A DNA stretch of 64,000 nt from the NCBI GenBank assembly GCA_040751795.1, contig JBFMHR010000004.1, positions 1-64,000 on the forward strand, written 5' to 3'. Both the position numbers and the translations under genes were made by a program. This DNA comes from Thermoplasmatota archaeon. Lineage in GTDB: Archaea > Thermoplasmatota > Thermoplasmata > UBA10834. The notes below the pieces were generated by a model that was not told where the DNA came from, searched no databases, and was given only the letters and a program-made list of their open reading frames with translations. Shown one piece after another: positions 55,176 to 64,000 of this stretch (positions are counted from its first letter, which is position 1; each line of letters begins with the position of its first letter).

Positions 55176-56102
55176 ATGCCAGGGCCCCTCACGACCACGA
55201 CGATAGGCAGCCTCCCGAGGTACTCGGAGGACATCGGCGAGGCGCTCGGGAAGGCGGTCGAGTTCCAGAGAGCCATGGGCCTCGACCTGCTCACGGACGG
55301 CGAGCAGAGGACCGACATGATCACCTACTTCGCCGAGGCGTTCGAGGGCCTGCAGGTGAGGGGCGGATTCCCCGTCGTGACGGGGAGGATCGGCCTCAGG
55401 GGCGCCCCTGACGAGTTCACCAAGGTGAAGGACCTGGACCTCTTCAGGAGGAGGTTCCCGGACATCGCGCCGAAGGTCGCGATCACAGGCCCGACCACCC
55501 TGGGCATGACCTGCGCCTCGAGGAAGGTCGAGTCGCACTACAGGGGCCTCTCCGACTTCTCCCTCTACCAGGACAGCGCCGCGGCCCTCGCGCCCATCGC
55601 GAAGGCGCTCGTCGACCGGGGGGCGCACGTGCAGATAGACGAGCCCTTCCTCTCGCAGGGGTTCAAGGACCTCCCAGAGAGGGTCGCCCTGCTGGACGAG
55701 GTCGCGCGCGGGCTTCCGAGGGAGCGCGTGAGCGTGCACGTGTGCGGGTTCATAGGGCGGTTCGGCGTCGTCGGACACCTCCTGCGGCTCCGGGACGTCT
55801 CCACGCTCAGCTTCGCCTTCGCCGGGAGGCTCGAGGAGCCCAACATAGGGCATGTCGAGAGGCAGGCCTTCGAGCGGCACGGGAAGAGGCTCGGGGCGGG
55901 GTGCATATCCGTCACCCCGATGTCCGAGGCCGAGGTCCACACCCCGGAGCAGGTCCGCTCGAAGCTCGCGGACATTTCCGGCAGGGTGGGAAGGGAGAAC
56001 GTCGCCTACGCTCACCCGGACTGTGGTTTGAGGGCAACCAAGAAGGAGCTCGTGCCCATAATCTTGAGGAACATGCGCGCCGGGGTCGACCTTCTCGGCT
56101 GA
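55176..56102 (+). CDS. Core (catalytic-domain-only) MetE-like methionine synthase
   Basis: TT.IGS.PR, TDGEQR.DM, ITGP.T, QIDEP, HVC, PDCGL. Confidence 0.8.
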   Translation: MPGPLTTTTIGSLPRYSEDIGEALGKAVEFQRAMGLDLLTDGEQRTDMITYFAEAFEGLQVRGGFPVVTGRIGLRGAPDEFTKVKDLDLFRRRFPDIAPKVAITGPTTLGMTCASRKVESHYRGLSDFSLYQDSAAALAPIAKALVDRGAHVQIDEPFLSQGFKDLPERVALLDEVARGLPRERVSVHVCGFIGRFGVVGHLLRLRDVSTLSFAFAGRLEEPNIGHVERQAFERHGKRLGAGCISVTPMSEAEVHTPEQVRSKLADISGRVGRENVAYAHPDCGLRATKKELVPIILRNMRAGVDLLG

Positions 56103-56123
56103 GCCCGGCAAGAGGCAGATCGC

Positions 56124-57440
56124 TTGAGTCAGAGTCTGTTGGACGAGGCAGCGGCCAGGAGGAACGTCAACTACCTGGCCGGGCTCGACTTCATCATAAG
56201 CCTGGGCTTCGGCCTCATAATGCCGATGTTCCCCCTGTACACGTCGCTCCTCGAGGGCGGGGACACGGACGTCGGCCTCGAGATCGGGATACTGTTCTCG
56301 TCGTTCGTGTTCACGAGGGCGGTGATGGCCACCCCGTTCGGCAACCTCTCCGACAGGCTGGGGAGGAAGAGGATCATCCTCGCGGGGAGCTTCCTGTACG
56401 CGTTCCTGGCGGTCCTGTTCACCGTGCCGGACAGCTGGCTCGGCCTGGTCTTCGTCCGGGGGCTGCAGGGGGTCGCGAGCGCGATGGTCTGGCCGGTGAG
56501 CGAGGCCCTCGTCATAGACTCGAGCCCCGTGAAGATGCGCGGCGCCTCGATAGGGAAGATAGTGATGGCCGCGAACCTGGGGATGGTCGTGGGGCCGTTC
56601 ATAGGGGCGGCGCTGTTCTCCATGGCTCAGAACGTCCTCGGCCTGTCCCTGATGGACAGCTACAAGTTCCCCTTCTACTTCACGGCGCTCCTCTCCCTCG
56701 GGGGCGCCGTCCTCGTGTGGGCGAACGTCACCGACGCCATCGCGCCGTCCAGGGCGAAGTCGAAGATGAGCATCAGGAGCCTCCTCCACCCGGAGGGCAT
56801 GGACAGGCAGGGCGCGAGGAACCTGAGGATACTCTACGCGAACGCCCTCATGGAGGGCTTCGCCTTCGCTAGCGTGGGCCCGCTCCTCGCGCTCTTCCTC
56901 GTCCTGGAGTACCCCGACCTCGCCCAGGACAGCATATCGACGATAATCGGCGTCGCTATGGGGGTCGGCGCCCTGGCGGCCTTCCCCTCGGGGAGGCTCT
57001 CGGACAAGGTCGGCCGGAAGAGCATATTCGTGGTATCGGGCTACATAGCGTTCGCGGGCGTGGTGCTCATCCCGTTCGCATGGACCCTCGCGATACTCAT
57101 AGCCTTCATGGCCATGCGGTCCTTCGCCTGGCAGGTCTCCAGCCCCGCGCTGAGGGCGCTCCAGGCCGACACCGTCCCGGAGAACGTGCGCGGGCGGCTG
57201 ATAGGCACCCTCGAGTCGATGTCCAACCTCGGCTCGATGATAGGCGCGCCACTGGGCGGCGTGATGCTCGACCACTTCTACGACGTGGACTTGGGCCTCG
57301 GGCACGTGCTCGACGGCTCGGCCATACCGTTCATCCTGGCCGGAGGGATAGGCATGTTCACGATCTCGCTGGTGATGGTCTACGTGAAGGAGCGCGTCGC
57401 CTCCGCCAGCGTGCCGGCGGAGCCCGAGGTCATCCCGTGA
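56124..57440 (+). CDS. MFS transporter
   Basis: G.LSDRLGRK and GRLSDKVGRK motif A; about 12 TM segments. Confidence 0.92.
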   Translation: MSQSLLDEAAARRNVNYLAGLDFIISLGFGLIMPMFPLYTSLLEGGDTDVGLEIGILFSSFVFTRAVMATPFGNLSDRLGRKRIILAGSFLYAFLAVLFTVPDSWLGLVFVRGLQGVASAMVWPVSEALVIDSSPVKMRGASIGKIVMAANLGMVVGPFIGAALFSMAQNVLGLSLMDSYKFPFYFTALLSLGGAVLVWANVTDAIAPSRAKSKMSIRSLLHPEGMDRQGARNLRILYANALMEGFAFASVGPLLALFLVLEYPDLAQDSISTIIGVAMGVGALAAFPSGRLSDKVGRKSIFVVSGYIAFAGVVLIPFAWTLAILIAFMAMRSFAWQVSSPALRALQADTVPENVRGRLIGTLESMSNLGSMIGAPLGGVMLDHFYDVDLGLGHVLDGSAIPFILAGGIGMFTISLVMVYVKERVASASVPAEPEVIP

Positions 57441-57508
57441 CGCACATGCGTGTTGCTGTTGCATGTGGTGGTTGGGTTTAAATAACCGCATCTCGGATTC
57501 TTCGGGGC

Positions 57509-59950
57509 ATGGGTGGAACTCTAACCGTCTCGGAACGGATCCTCTACCATCTCAGCAGCTACGTGAAGCACGAGGACAAGTTCGAGGTCCCCTTCGACGT
57601 GACCCAGGACGGCATCTCCCAGGCGATATCGATATCGAGGGCGCACGCCGCGATCGAGCTCAAGAAGCTCAGGTCGTCGGGCGCCATCGAGGAGCGACTG
57701 TCGCACGTGAGGAAGGGGAAGGCCCGGCGCAAGGCCTACTTCCTCACCGCCCAGGGCAAGGCCTCCGCCGCGACTGTGGTGAGGTACGTCAAGGACAACG
57801 GCATAGACCCCATGGTGGACCCGTCCAAGGTGTCCCCCGAGGTGGTCGCAGCGGCGGGGAGGGCCCGCTCCTCTAGGAGGTCGTCCCCGATCCCCCCCAC
57901 GAGGGAGTTCCACGGCAGGGAGAGGGAGCTGTCCTCGCTGAGGAAGGCCATGGACTCCCCGTCGGTCAAGGTCGTGTCCATCACCGGCATCGCAGGCATC
58001 GGCAAGACGTCGCTCGCCTCCAGGCTCGCGTCCGGGCTCTCGGACCAGAGGGTCTTCTGGTACACCGCCAAGCCGTGGGACGTCCCCAGGACCGCGACCG
58101 AGTCCCTCGCGAGGTTCTTCCTGGACAACGGCTGCAAGAGGCTCCACTCCTACCTCTCGTCGGACCGCGTCGAGCTCGGCGAGCTCAGCGTCCTCCTGGA
58201 CGAGGAGCTCTCGGAGAACGGCTACACGTTCGTCTTCGACGACGCGGACTGCGCGGAGGGCCTCCAGGACCTCCTGCGGATGTTCAGGCACAGCAGCGGG
58301 GCCGCGAAGATGGTCGTGACGGCGGAGAACGTGCCCCGCTTCTACGACCGGTCGGACGTGGTCGCGAGGAGCGAGGTCTTCGAGCTGGAGCTCGGCGGCC
58401 TCGACCGCGCGTCCGCCGCCAAGGTGCTGGCGTCCAGGGGCATCACCGGGGAGTCGGCCGAGAAGCTGGTGGCGCTGACCAAGGGGCACCCGCTCTCGCT
58501 CGAGATGATCACGGTCTCGGGGCTGAGCGAGGCGAGGACGCAGGTCGCGCGGTTCCTCGAGGACAAGTTCTACTCCGGCCTCTCCGAATCGGAGAAGTCC
58601 CTCCTGCAGCTCGCATCCGTCTTCAACAAGCCGTTCCCCTCCGAGGCGATACCCAGGGACCTTCGGGGGTCCCGCAAGGGCTCGATGCTCAGGGAGGTCG
58701 CCAGGGGGAGGTTCGAGATCCACTCGTCCCTCAGGGAGTTCGTGTACGACTCCATGACGGCCGAGGAGCGGTCCAGGTGGCACAGCGCGGCCGCGGACCA
58801 CTACCTGCGCGAGGGGGACCACGCCGAGAGGCTCTACCACCTCATCAAGGCGAACAGGTCGCTCGAGGCCGAGATGGCCGTCGCGCGGTACGGCGACTCC
58901 CTCTTGGACCAGGCGAACGTCCAGAGGGTCTGGGGCGTACTGAGGGACTACTCCCCGGGGAAGGAGAGGTACTCCAGGGGCGTCCTGCTGCTCAAGGCCA
59001 AGGCCGCGAGCATGGTGGGCGACTACGCCTCGTCGATGCGCAGCCTAGAGCCCCTGTCGGGGGACCCGCAGGCGGCGGTGAGGTCCGAGGCGCTGACCGA
59101 GATGGGCAAGGTGCTCAGCAAGCAGGGGAGGCTGGAGGAGGCCTCCTCCCTGTTCGCCCGCGCCCTCGAGGGCTGCGCCGACCAGCCGGGGACCAGGTCC
59201 AAGGCCCTGCGCGGGCTCGGCGTCGTCGAGAACAAGCTCGGGAACCACAGGAGGGCCCAGGAGCTCCTCGAGGAGAGCGCCAGGGACGCCATGGCGGCCA
59301 TGGACACGAGGGGCATGCTCCTCGCGCACCTCGAGCTGGGCAACGTGTTCATCGGGCGCGGGCTGTACGAGGAGGCGATATCCCACTTCTCCAAGTGCGC
59401 GGCCGGGTTCGGCCCGGTCGACCTCGCGAACGTGCTCACCAACATGGGGATCGCCTGCGCCCACCTCGGCCGCACGGGGGAGGCGAGGGCCCACCTCGAG
59501 AACGCGGTCAGGCTGGCCGACGAGACGGGCCAGCCGAGGGCCAGGGCCTACGCGCAGACATCCCTCGCGGAGATCCTCGTGCGCTCGGGGGAGCTGGAGG
59601 CGGCGAAGGAGAGCTGCTTCGGAGCCATCGAGGTCCTCGGCGGGCTGGACGACAGGGTGGGCGCGTCGGCCGCGTACGCGAACCTCGGCATGGCGGAGCG
59701 GGCGTCCGGCGACCTCGGCGCCGCGGAGGGGCACCTCAGGGAGAGCATATCCATGCTCGCCGGCGTCAGCGTCCCCCGCAGCCTCGGCGCGAGGAAGATG
59801 GAGCTCGCCTCGCTGCTCCTGGAGAAGGGCGGGCGCGCGGAGGCCCGGTCCCTGTACGATGAGTGCTGCCAGCACTTCAGGGAGGCGGGGTCGGACGACC
59901 TCCTCGCCCGCGCCGAGGGAGGCCTCAGGTCGGCCGCGGGAGGCCGATAG
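57509..59950 (+). CDS. wHTH - STAND (NB-ARC-like) ATPase - TPR protein
   Basis: N-terminal HTH (TQDGISQAISISRAH); F.GRE.EL; Walker A GIAGIGKT; Walker B FVFDD; GHPL; C-terminal TPR repeats. Confidence 0.85.
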   Translation: MGGTLTVSERILYHLSSYVKHEDKFEVPFDVTQDGISQAISISRAHAAIELKKLRSSGAIEERLSHVRKGKARRKAYFLTAQGKASAATVVRYVKDNGIDPMVDPSKVSPEVVAAAGRARSSRRSSPIPPTREFHGRERELSSLRKAMDSPSVKVVSITGIAGIGKTSLASRLASGLSDQRVFWYTAKPWDVPRTATESLARFFLDNGCKRLHSYLSSDRVELGELSVLLDEELSENGYTFVFDDADCAEGLQDLLRMFRHSSGAAKMVVTAENVPRFYDRSDVVARSEVFELELGGLDRASAAKVLASRGITGESAEKLVALTKGHPLSLEMITVSGLSEARTQVARFLEDKFYSGLSESEKSLLQLASVFNKPFPSEAIPRDLRGSRKGSMLREVARGRFEIHSSLREFVYDSMTAEERSRWHSAAADHYLREGDHAERLYHLIKANRSLEAEMAVARYGDSLLDQANVQRVWGVLRDYSPGKERYSRGVLLLKAKAASMVGDYASSMRSLEPLSGDPQAAVRSEALTEMGKVLSKQGRLEEASSLFARALEGCADQPGTRSKALRGLGVVENKLGNHRRAQELLEESARDAMAAMDTRGMLLAHLELGNVFIGRGLYEEAISHFSKCAAGFGPVDLANVLTNMGIACAHLGRTGEARAHLENAVRLADETGQPRARAYAQTSLAEILVRSGELEAAKESCFGAIEVLGGLDDRVGASAAYANLGMAERASGDLGAAEGHLRESISMLAGVSVPRSLGARKMELASLLLEKGGRAEARSLYDECCQHFREAGSDDLLARAEGGLRSAAGGR

Positions 59951-60028
59951 GGCCCTGAGCCGACGACCAGCGACGTCCACAAGTGACCGACATGTTGAAG
60001 AGCGCCGTCCGCGCCTCAGGTGCCTACC

Positions 60029-61300
60029 ATGGAAGGCGGGCAGGCCGGGGCGGACGAGAAGAGGCTCATGCGCAGGTTCTTCGTGATATGGGGCGCGCAG
60101 GCGTTCTCGCTCGTCGGCAGCGCCCTGGTGCAGTTCGCCCTCGTGTGGTGGCTCACGCTCGAGACCGGCTCGGCGAGCGTCCTGGCGCTCGCGATGACAA
60201 TGGCGCTGCTGCCGCAGATCGCCATAGGCCCCTTCGCCGGCGCCCTCGTGGACAGGTGGAACCGCCGTCTGGTCATGATCTGGGCGGACGTGTCCATAGC
60301 CGTCGCCACGGTCGTCCTGATGGCGCTCTTCGCCGCGGACCTGGTGCAGGTGTGGCACATATACGTCGTTCTGCTGGTGCGGTCGGTGGGCGGGTCGTTC
60401 CACTTCCCCGCCATGGCCGCTTCGACGACCCTCATGGTCCCTGAGAAGCACCTCGCCAGGGTGGGCGGCCTCAACCAGGCGGTCCAGGGCGCGGTGAGCA
60501 TCGCCGCCCCGGCCCTCGCCGCCGCCCTGCTCCTGATCCTTCCCATGTGGGGAGTGTTGTCGCTGGACGTCGTCACCGCGGCCATCGCCGTCGCCCCCCT
60601 GCTGTTCATCAGGATCCCCCAGCCGGTGAAGCGGACTGACGGGGAGGGCAAGCCCTCGTCGGTCCTCTCCGACATGCGGGACGGGCTCAGGTTCCTGAGG
60701 GGTTGGCGCGGGGCCATGACCCTCATCCTGATGGTGATGGTCATCAACCTCCTCTTCACCCCGGCCGTCACGCTCATGCCCATCTTGGTCACCTCCTACT
60801 TCGGCAAGGGCCTGGTCGAGTTCGCGACGATGGAGATGGTGACGGGCGCCTCGTTCGTCGTCGGCGGCCTGGCCCTCGGCGCGTGGGGCGGCTTCAGGAG
60901 GAAGGTGGTGACGATGCTCCTCACCGGCACCGTCGCCGGCTTCGGGACCGTGTTCGTCGGCGTCCTCCCGGAGAGCGGCTTCTACCTCGCGGTCGGGGGC
61001 ATGTTCCTCGTGGGCTTCATGGTGGCCATGGTCAACGGCTCGGCCTCGGCGCTGATGCAGGCGACCATACCGCCGGACAAGCAGGGCCGCGTGTTCGGGC
61101 TCATGGGCAGCCTCATCGTGGCCATGACCCCGATCGGACTGGCCTTCGCCGGGCCCGTGTCCGACCTGGCGGGGGTCCAGATATGGTTCATCGTGGCAGG
61201 CATCGGCCTCGCGGCGATCATGGCGAGCGGTTTCTTCATGAGGTCGGTGATGGCCGTCGAGGACGTCTCCAAGCAGCGGGTCGCGGTCGAGGAGAAGTGA
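60029..61300 (+). CDS. MFS transporter (DHA3/MefA-like efflux)
   Basis: Q.FS..GS...QFAL.WW, AG.LVDRWNRR..MI.AD, QGRVFG. Confidence 0.9.
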   Translation: MEGGQAGADEKRLMRRFFVIWGAQAFSLVGSALVQFALVWWLTLETGSASVLALAMTMALLPQIAIGPFAGALVDRWNRRLVMIWADVSIAVATVVLMALFAADLVQVWHIYVVLLVRSVGGSFHFPAMAASTTLMVPEKHLARVGGLNQAVQGAVSIAAPALAAALLLILPMWGVLSLDVVTAAIAVAPLLFIRIPQPVKRTDGEGKPSSVLSDMRDGLRFLRGWRGAMTLILMVMVINLLFTPAVTLMPILVTSYFGKGLVEFATMEMVTGASFVVGGLALGAWGGFRRKVVTMLLTGTVAGFGTVFVGVLPESGFYLAVGGMFLVGFMVAMVNGSASALMQATIPPDKQGRVFGLMGSLIVAMTPIGLAFAGPVSDLAGVQIWFIVAGIGLAAIMASGFFMRSVMAVEDVSKQRVAVEEK

Positions 61301-61312
61301 GCCGGTCCGGCC

Positions 61313-62842
61313 TCAGAGCTGCGGCGCCTTCTTCAGCCAGTCCACGTCCGAGACGTAGATGTCCCTGATGTCGGAGAGGCCCCACATGAGCATCCCGAGC
61401 CTCTCGAGGCCGAGGCCCCACGCGAGCACCGGCTCCTTAACTCCGAGCGGCTCGGTCACCTCCGGCCTGAACACGCCCGCCCCGCCGAGCTCCATCCACT
61501 GGCCCTTCCAGAGGATGTCGACCTCGAGGGACGGCTCGGTGTAGGGGAAGTAGCCCGGCCTTATCCTGATCCGGTCGGAGCCCATGCGCCTGTAGAACTC
61601 CTTGAGGAGGCCGCAGAGCATGTCGAAGTCGGCCCCCTCCTCGCAAACGATCCCCTCGATCTGCGTGAACTCCGGCAGGTGGGTCGAGTCCATCGCCTCG
61701 TTCCTGAAGATCCTGCCTATCGAGAAGACCTTGAACGGCAGTTGGGGGTTCTTGTAGATGTGGCGGACGGTGTTGACGGTGGTGTGTGTCCTCAGGAGCG
61801 CCCTCTGCGCCTCCTCCAGGCTCCATCCGTACCTCCACCCGAGGGAGCCGGTCCTCCAGCCGTCCTCGTGGACATGCCTCACGATGTCGACGAACTCCCC
61901 GTCCTCGGAGAGGTCGATCCTCGACGGGTTCTCGAGGTAGAAGGTGTCCTGCATCTCCCTCGCCGGGTGGTCCTGGGCGGTGAAGAGGGCGTCCATGTTC
62001 CAGAAGGCGCTCTCTATGTACTGCCCCCTGATCTCGGTGAAGCCCATGGTGAGGAAGGCGTCCCTGACCTTCTCGATCAGCACTGTCATCGGGTGCTTCC
62101 TGCCCCCGGCCGCGGTCGGGGCGAAGGCCTTCACGTCGTACCTCCGCAGCTCGACCTCCCTCCACCTCCCTGTCTGGATCAGCTCGGGCGTCAGCTGCGC
62201 CACCTCCTCCCTGACGTCCAGCGGGAGCGCGGCGACCTCCCTGCCCAGGTCTGTGAGCTCGACGGTCCTCTCCACGAGGTGCTTCTCGGAGAGGAAGTCC
62301 TTCCGCTGCCTCAGGGAGTCGAGGACCGCCCTGTCGGAGTCCCTCTCGTGCACCTCCCCCTTCGCCAGCCTCTCGATCAGGAGCTCGTCGTCCCCCTTCC
62401 GGCCCAGCGCCTGCCGGCCCTTCTCGTTGATCGCGATGAACGTGTCGTTGCCCTGCTTCGAGACCTCTCCCCACCCCTTCCTCTTGACCCAGCCCAGGGC
62501 GATCTGGATGTCCTCGTTTGTGAGCTTCCCGGTGGCCTTGAGGTCAGCGAGCGACCCCTTCCCGCCGAGGTCTCTGACGAGGACCTCCGCGACGGCCCTC
62601 TCCGCCAGGGGCCTCGAGGCCGCGTCCCTGCGCTTGAGCGAGTAGGTCTTGGTGATGCTCTCGCGGATGGTGACGAGCCCCTTCGTCTGGAGCCAGGAGG
62701 CGGCGTTCATGACCTCGACGGGCTTGTCGAAGCCCCCCGCGTCGCGTATCGCCTCGGGGGACGCGCCGCCCAGGGTGCCCAGCGCCTTCAGCACCCTCTT
62801 CTCGGAGTGGCTGAGCTGCGCGACCAACTCGTCATGCGTCAT
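61313..62842 (-). CDS. pheS: Phenylalanine--tRNA ligase alpha subunit (archaeal type)
   Basis: G.KHP, FWN.D.LF..QDHPARE.QDTF, LRTHTT, FRNE..D.TH, YFPYTEPS, GLERL. Confidence 0.98.
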   Translation of the reverse strand: MTHDELVAQLSHSEKRVLKALGTLGGASPEAIRDAGGFDKPVEVMNAASWLQTKGLVTIRESITKTYSLKRRDAASRPLAERAVAEVLVRDLGGKGSLADLKATGKLTNEDIQIALGWVKRKGWGEVSKQGNDTFIAINEKGRQALGRKGDDELLIERLAKGEVHERDSDRAVLDSLRQRKDFLSEKHLVERTVELTDLGREVAALPLDVREEVAQLTPELIQTGRWREVELRRYDVKAFAPTAAGGRKHPMTVLIEKVRDAFLTMGFTEIRGQYIESAFWNMDALFTAQDHPAREMQDTFYLENPSRIDLSEDGEFVDIVRHVHEDGWRTGSLGWRYGWSLEEAQRALLRTHTTVNTVRHIYKNPQLPFKVFSIGRIFRNEAMDSTHLPEFTQIEGIVCEEGADFDMLCGLLKEFYRRMGSDRIRIRPGYFPYTEPSLEVDILWKGQWMELGGAGVFRPEVTEPLGVKEPVLAWGLGLERLGMLMWGLSDIRDIYVSDVDWLKKAPQL

Positions 62843-62867
62843 GTCCTGGGTTCATCGGACAAAGGTC

Positions 62868-63305
62868 TTATCTAGTTTTCTTGGCCCGGCGCCTCTGTGC
62901 GCCGTAGACGGACCCCACCTCGCCGTCGAAGGGCTTGACGTCCCAGACCGGGCTGCCGTCGTACGCGTCCAGGCCGCGCACCCTGACCAAGCGCCCCCTC
63001 ACCCCGAGGAGCTCGACCTTCGTGAGGCCCAGCCTGTTCGGCCGTTTGGGGGAGCGGGTCGCGAAGACTCCGACCAGGGGCCTCGCCGGGTCGTGCATCG
63101 GGTGCACCCGCGGGGTCCAGCCCCTCTTCCTGTCGAAACCGAAGATGACCCACATGTGTTTGAACCGGTCCAGTCTGTAGAGCCCGGGGACGTACTCCGG
63201 CTCGAATACGAGCTGCGACTCCACATCGTCCCAGTCGTCCGGGTCGTCCGTGACGCCGTTCCTGACGAACGCTATCGGCCTGAGCCTCAACGCAGTCCCG
63301 TCCAC
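62868..63305 (-). CDS. tsaA: TrmO/TsaA family tRNA methyltransferase-like protein
   Basis: LRPI..V, GVFATRSP.RPN.LG, GLDA.DGSPV.D.KP; start GTG 63305 or TTG 63290. Confidence 0.88.
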   Translation of the reverse strand: MDGTALRLRPIAFVRNGVTDDPDDWDDVESQLVFEPEYVPGLYRLDRFKHMWVIFGFDRKRGWTPRVHPMHDPARPLVGVFATRSPKRPNRLGLTKVELLGVRGRLVRVRGLDAYDGSPVWDVKPFDGEVGSVYGAQRRRAKKTR

Positions 63306-63334
63306 CGGATTGCCGCCGTGGGAGATTAACCCTG

Positions 63335-64000
63335 TCAGTCCCGGACGAAGAACTCCTGGACGACGTCCTTGGCCTTCTCCCTGCGCCTCTGGTGCTCCTC
63401 GAGGAACTTCCAGACCTTCTCGAAGAGGAGGGCCTTGCACTCGCCGCACATGATAGCGCCAGATTTGCAGTCGGCCTGCAGCTTGGCGAGCTTCGCGTCG
63501 TCGGGCTCGAAGAAGTACGCCTGGTACTGGTACACGGAGCAGATGTCGGGGTCGCCGCCGAGCTTCTTCTGCTCCTCGACCGAGACGCGCCCGCCGGTGA
63601 AGGCGTTCATGACCTTCTTCCTGACGACCTTCTGGCCGTCGGTGGTGAAGATGGTCGTGTCGGCCTTCGTCGACGTGGACATCTTCTCCGCGCCGGCGAG
63701 GGAAGGCATCAGCTTCGCGTGCACCAGGGCGGGCTTGTAGTAGCCGAGCCCCTCGGCGACGTCCCTCGTGATCCTGAAGTGCGGGTCCTGGTCGATGCCG
63801 CAGGGGATGAGGCACGGGACCTTCCTCCCCTTCTCGACCGACTCGAGGAAGCACGGGACCGTCTGGATGCTCGTGAAGAATATGCTCCCGATGTTGTTCG
63901 AGTTGTCGAAGCCGAAGACTGCCTTGATTGTGGAGAAGTTGATCTTCTTCGCGGCCCTGATCGCGAGGGGGTACATCGTCTTGATGTACTCGGTGTCGAG
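63335..64000 (-). CDS. trpS: Tryptophan--tRNA ligase (partial; 5' end beyond the window)
   Basis: CLIPCGIDQDPHFR.TRDVA, KMSTS, AFTGG, CGECK. Confidence 0.95.
   Translation of the reverse strand, partial: LDTEYIKTMYPLAIRAAKKINFSTIKAVFGFDNSNNIGSIFFTSIQTVPCFLESVEKGRKVPCLIPCGIDQDPHFRITRDVAEGLGYYKPALVHAKLMPSLAGAEKMSTSTKADTTIFTTDGQKVVRKKVMNAFTGGRVSVEEQKKLGGDPDICSVYQYQAYFFEPDDAKLAKLQADCKSGAIMCGECKALLFEKVWKFLEEHQRRREKAKDVVQEFFVRD

Noticed and set aside
1-64000. CRISPR arrays, rRNA, IS elements, integrases, prophage genes
   Set aside because: No spaced direct repeats, rRNA motifs or transposase/integrase motifs were seen by eye

Overview
High-GC archaeal chromosome segment. The gene set (rps3ae, rpl37e, Sm, aRF1, purP, archaeal dtdA, DUF835/V4R proteins, mutS/mutL, bacterial-type adk, hdrBC, non-pyrrolysine mttB) best fits Thermoplasmatota; this is an inference. 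The window is mostly housekeeping and peptide-fermentation genes: purF, pyrC, pyrH, argS, pheS, partial trpS, AOR, a peptide ABC transporter and M20/M32/M50 peptidases. It has three tRNAs: Ala-GGC, and intron-containing Met-CAT and Gln-CTG. No CRISPR array, rRNA or transposase was seen. The most notable items are: (1) an operon pairing a Rab-like small GTPase with a V4R(Bet3-fold)-DUF835 protein, plus a separate V4R + Roadblock/LC7 pair, a candidate GTPase switch built from folds that eukaryotes use for Rab/Rag regulators; (2) a nearby zinc-ribbon protein with an alpha-synuclein-like 11-mer amphipathic helix; (3) apparent non-canonical start codons (ACG for purP, CTG for rnhA); (4) a Get3d-like ArsA ATPase with a small partner gene; (5) a solute-binding protein on a six-PKD stalk; (6) enzymes with altered catalytic motifs; (7) a lower-GC segment ending at the tRNA-Ala 3' end. 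All assignments come from motif recognition by eye; no database searches were run.
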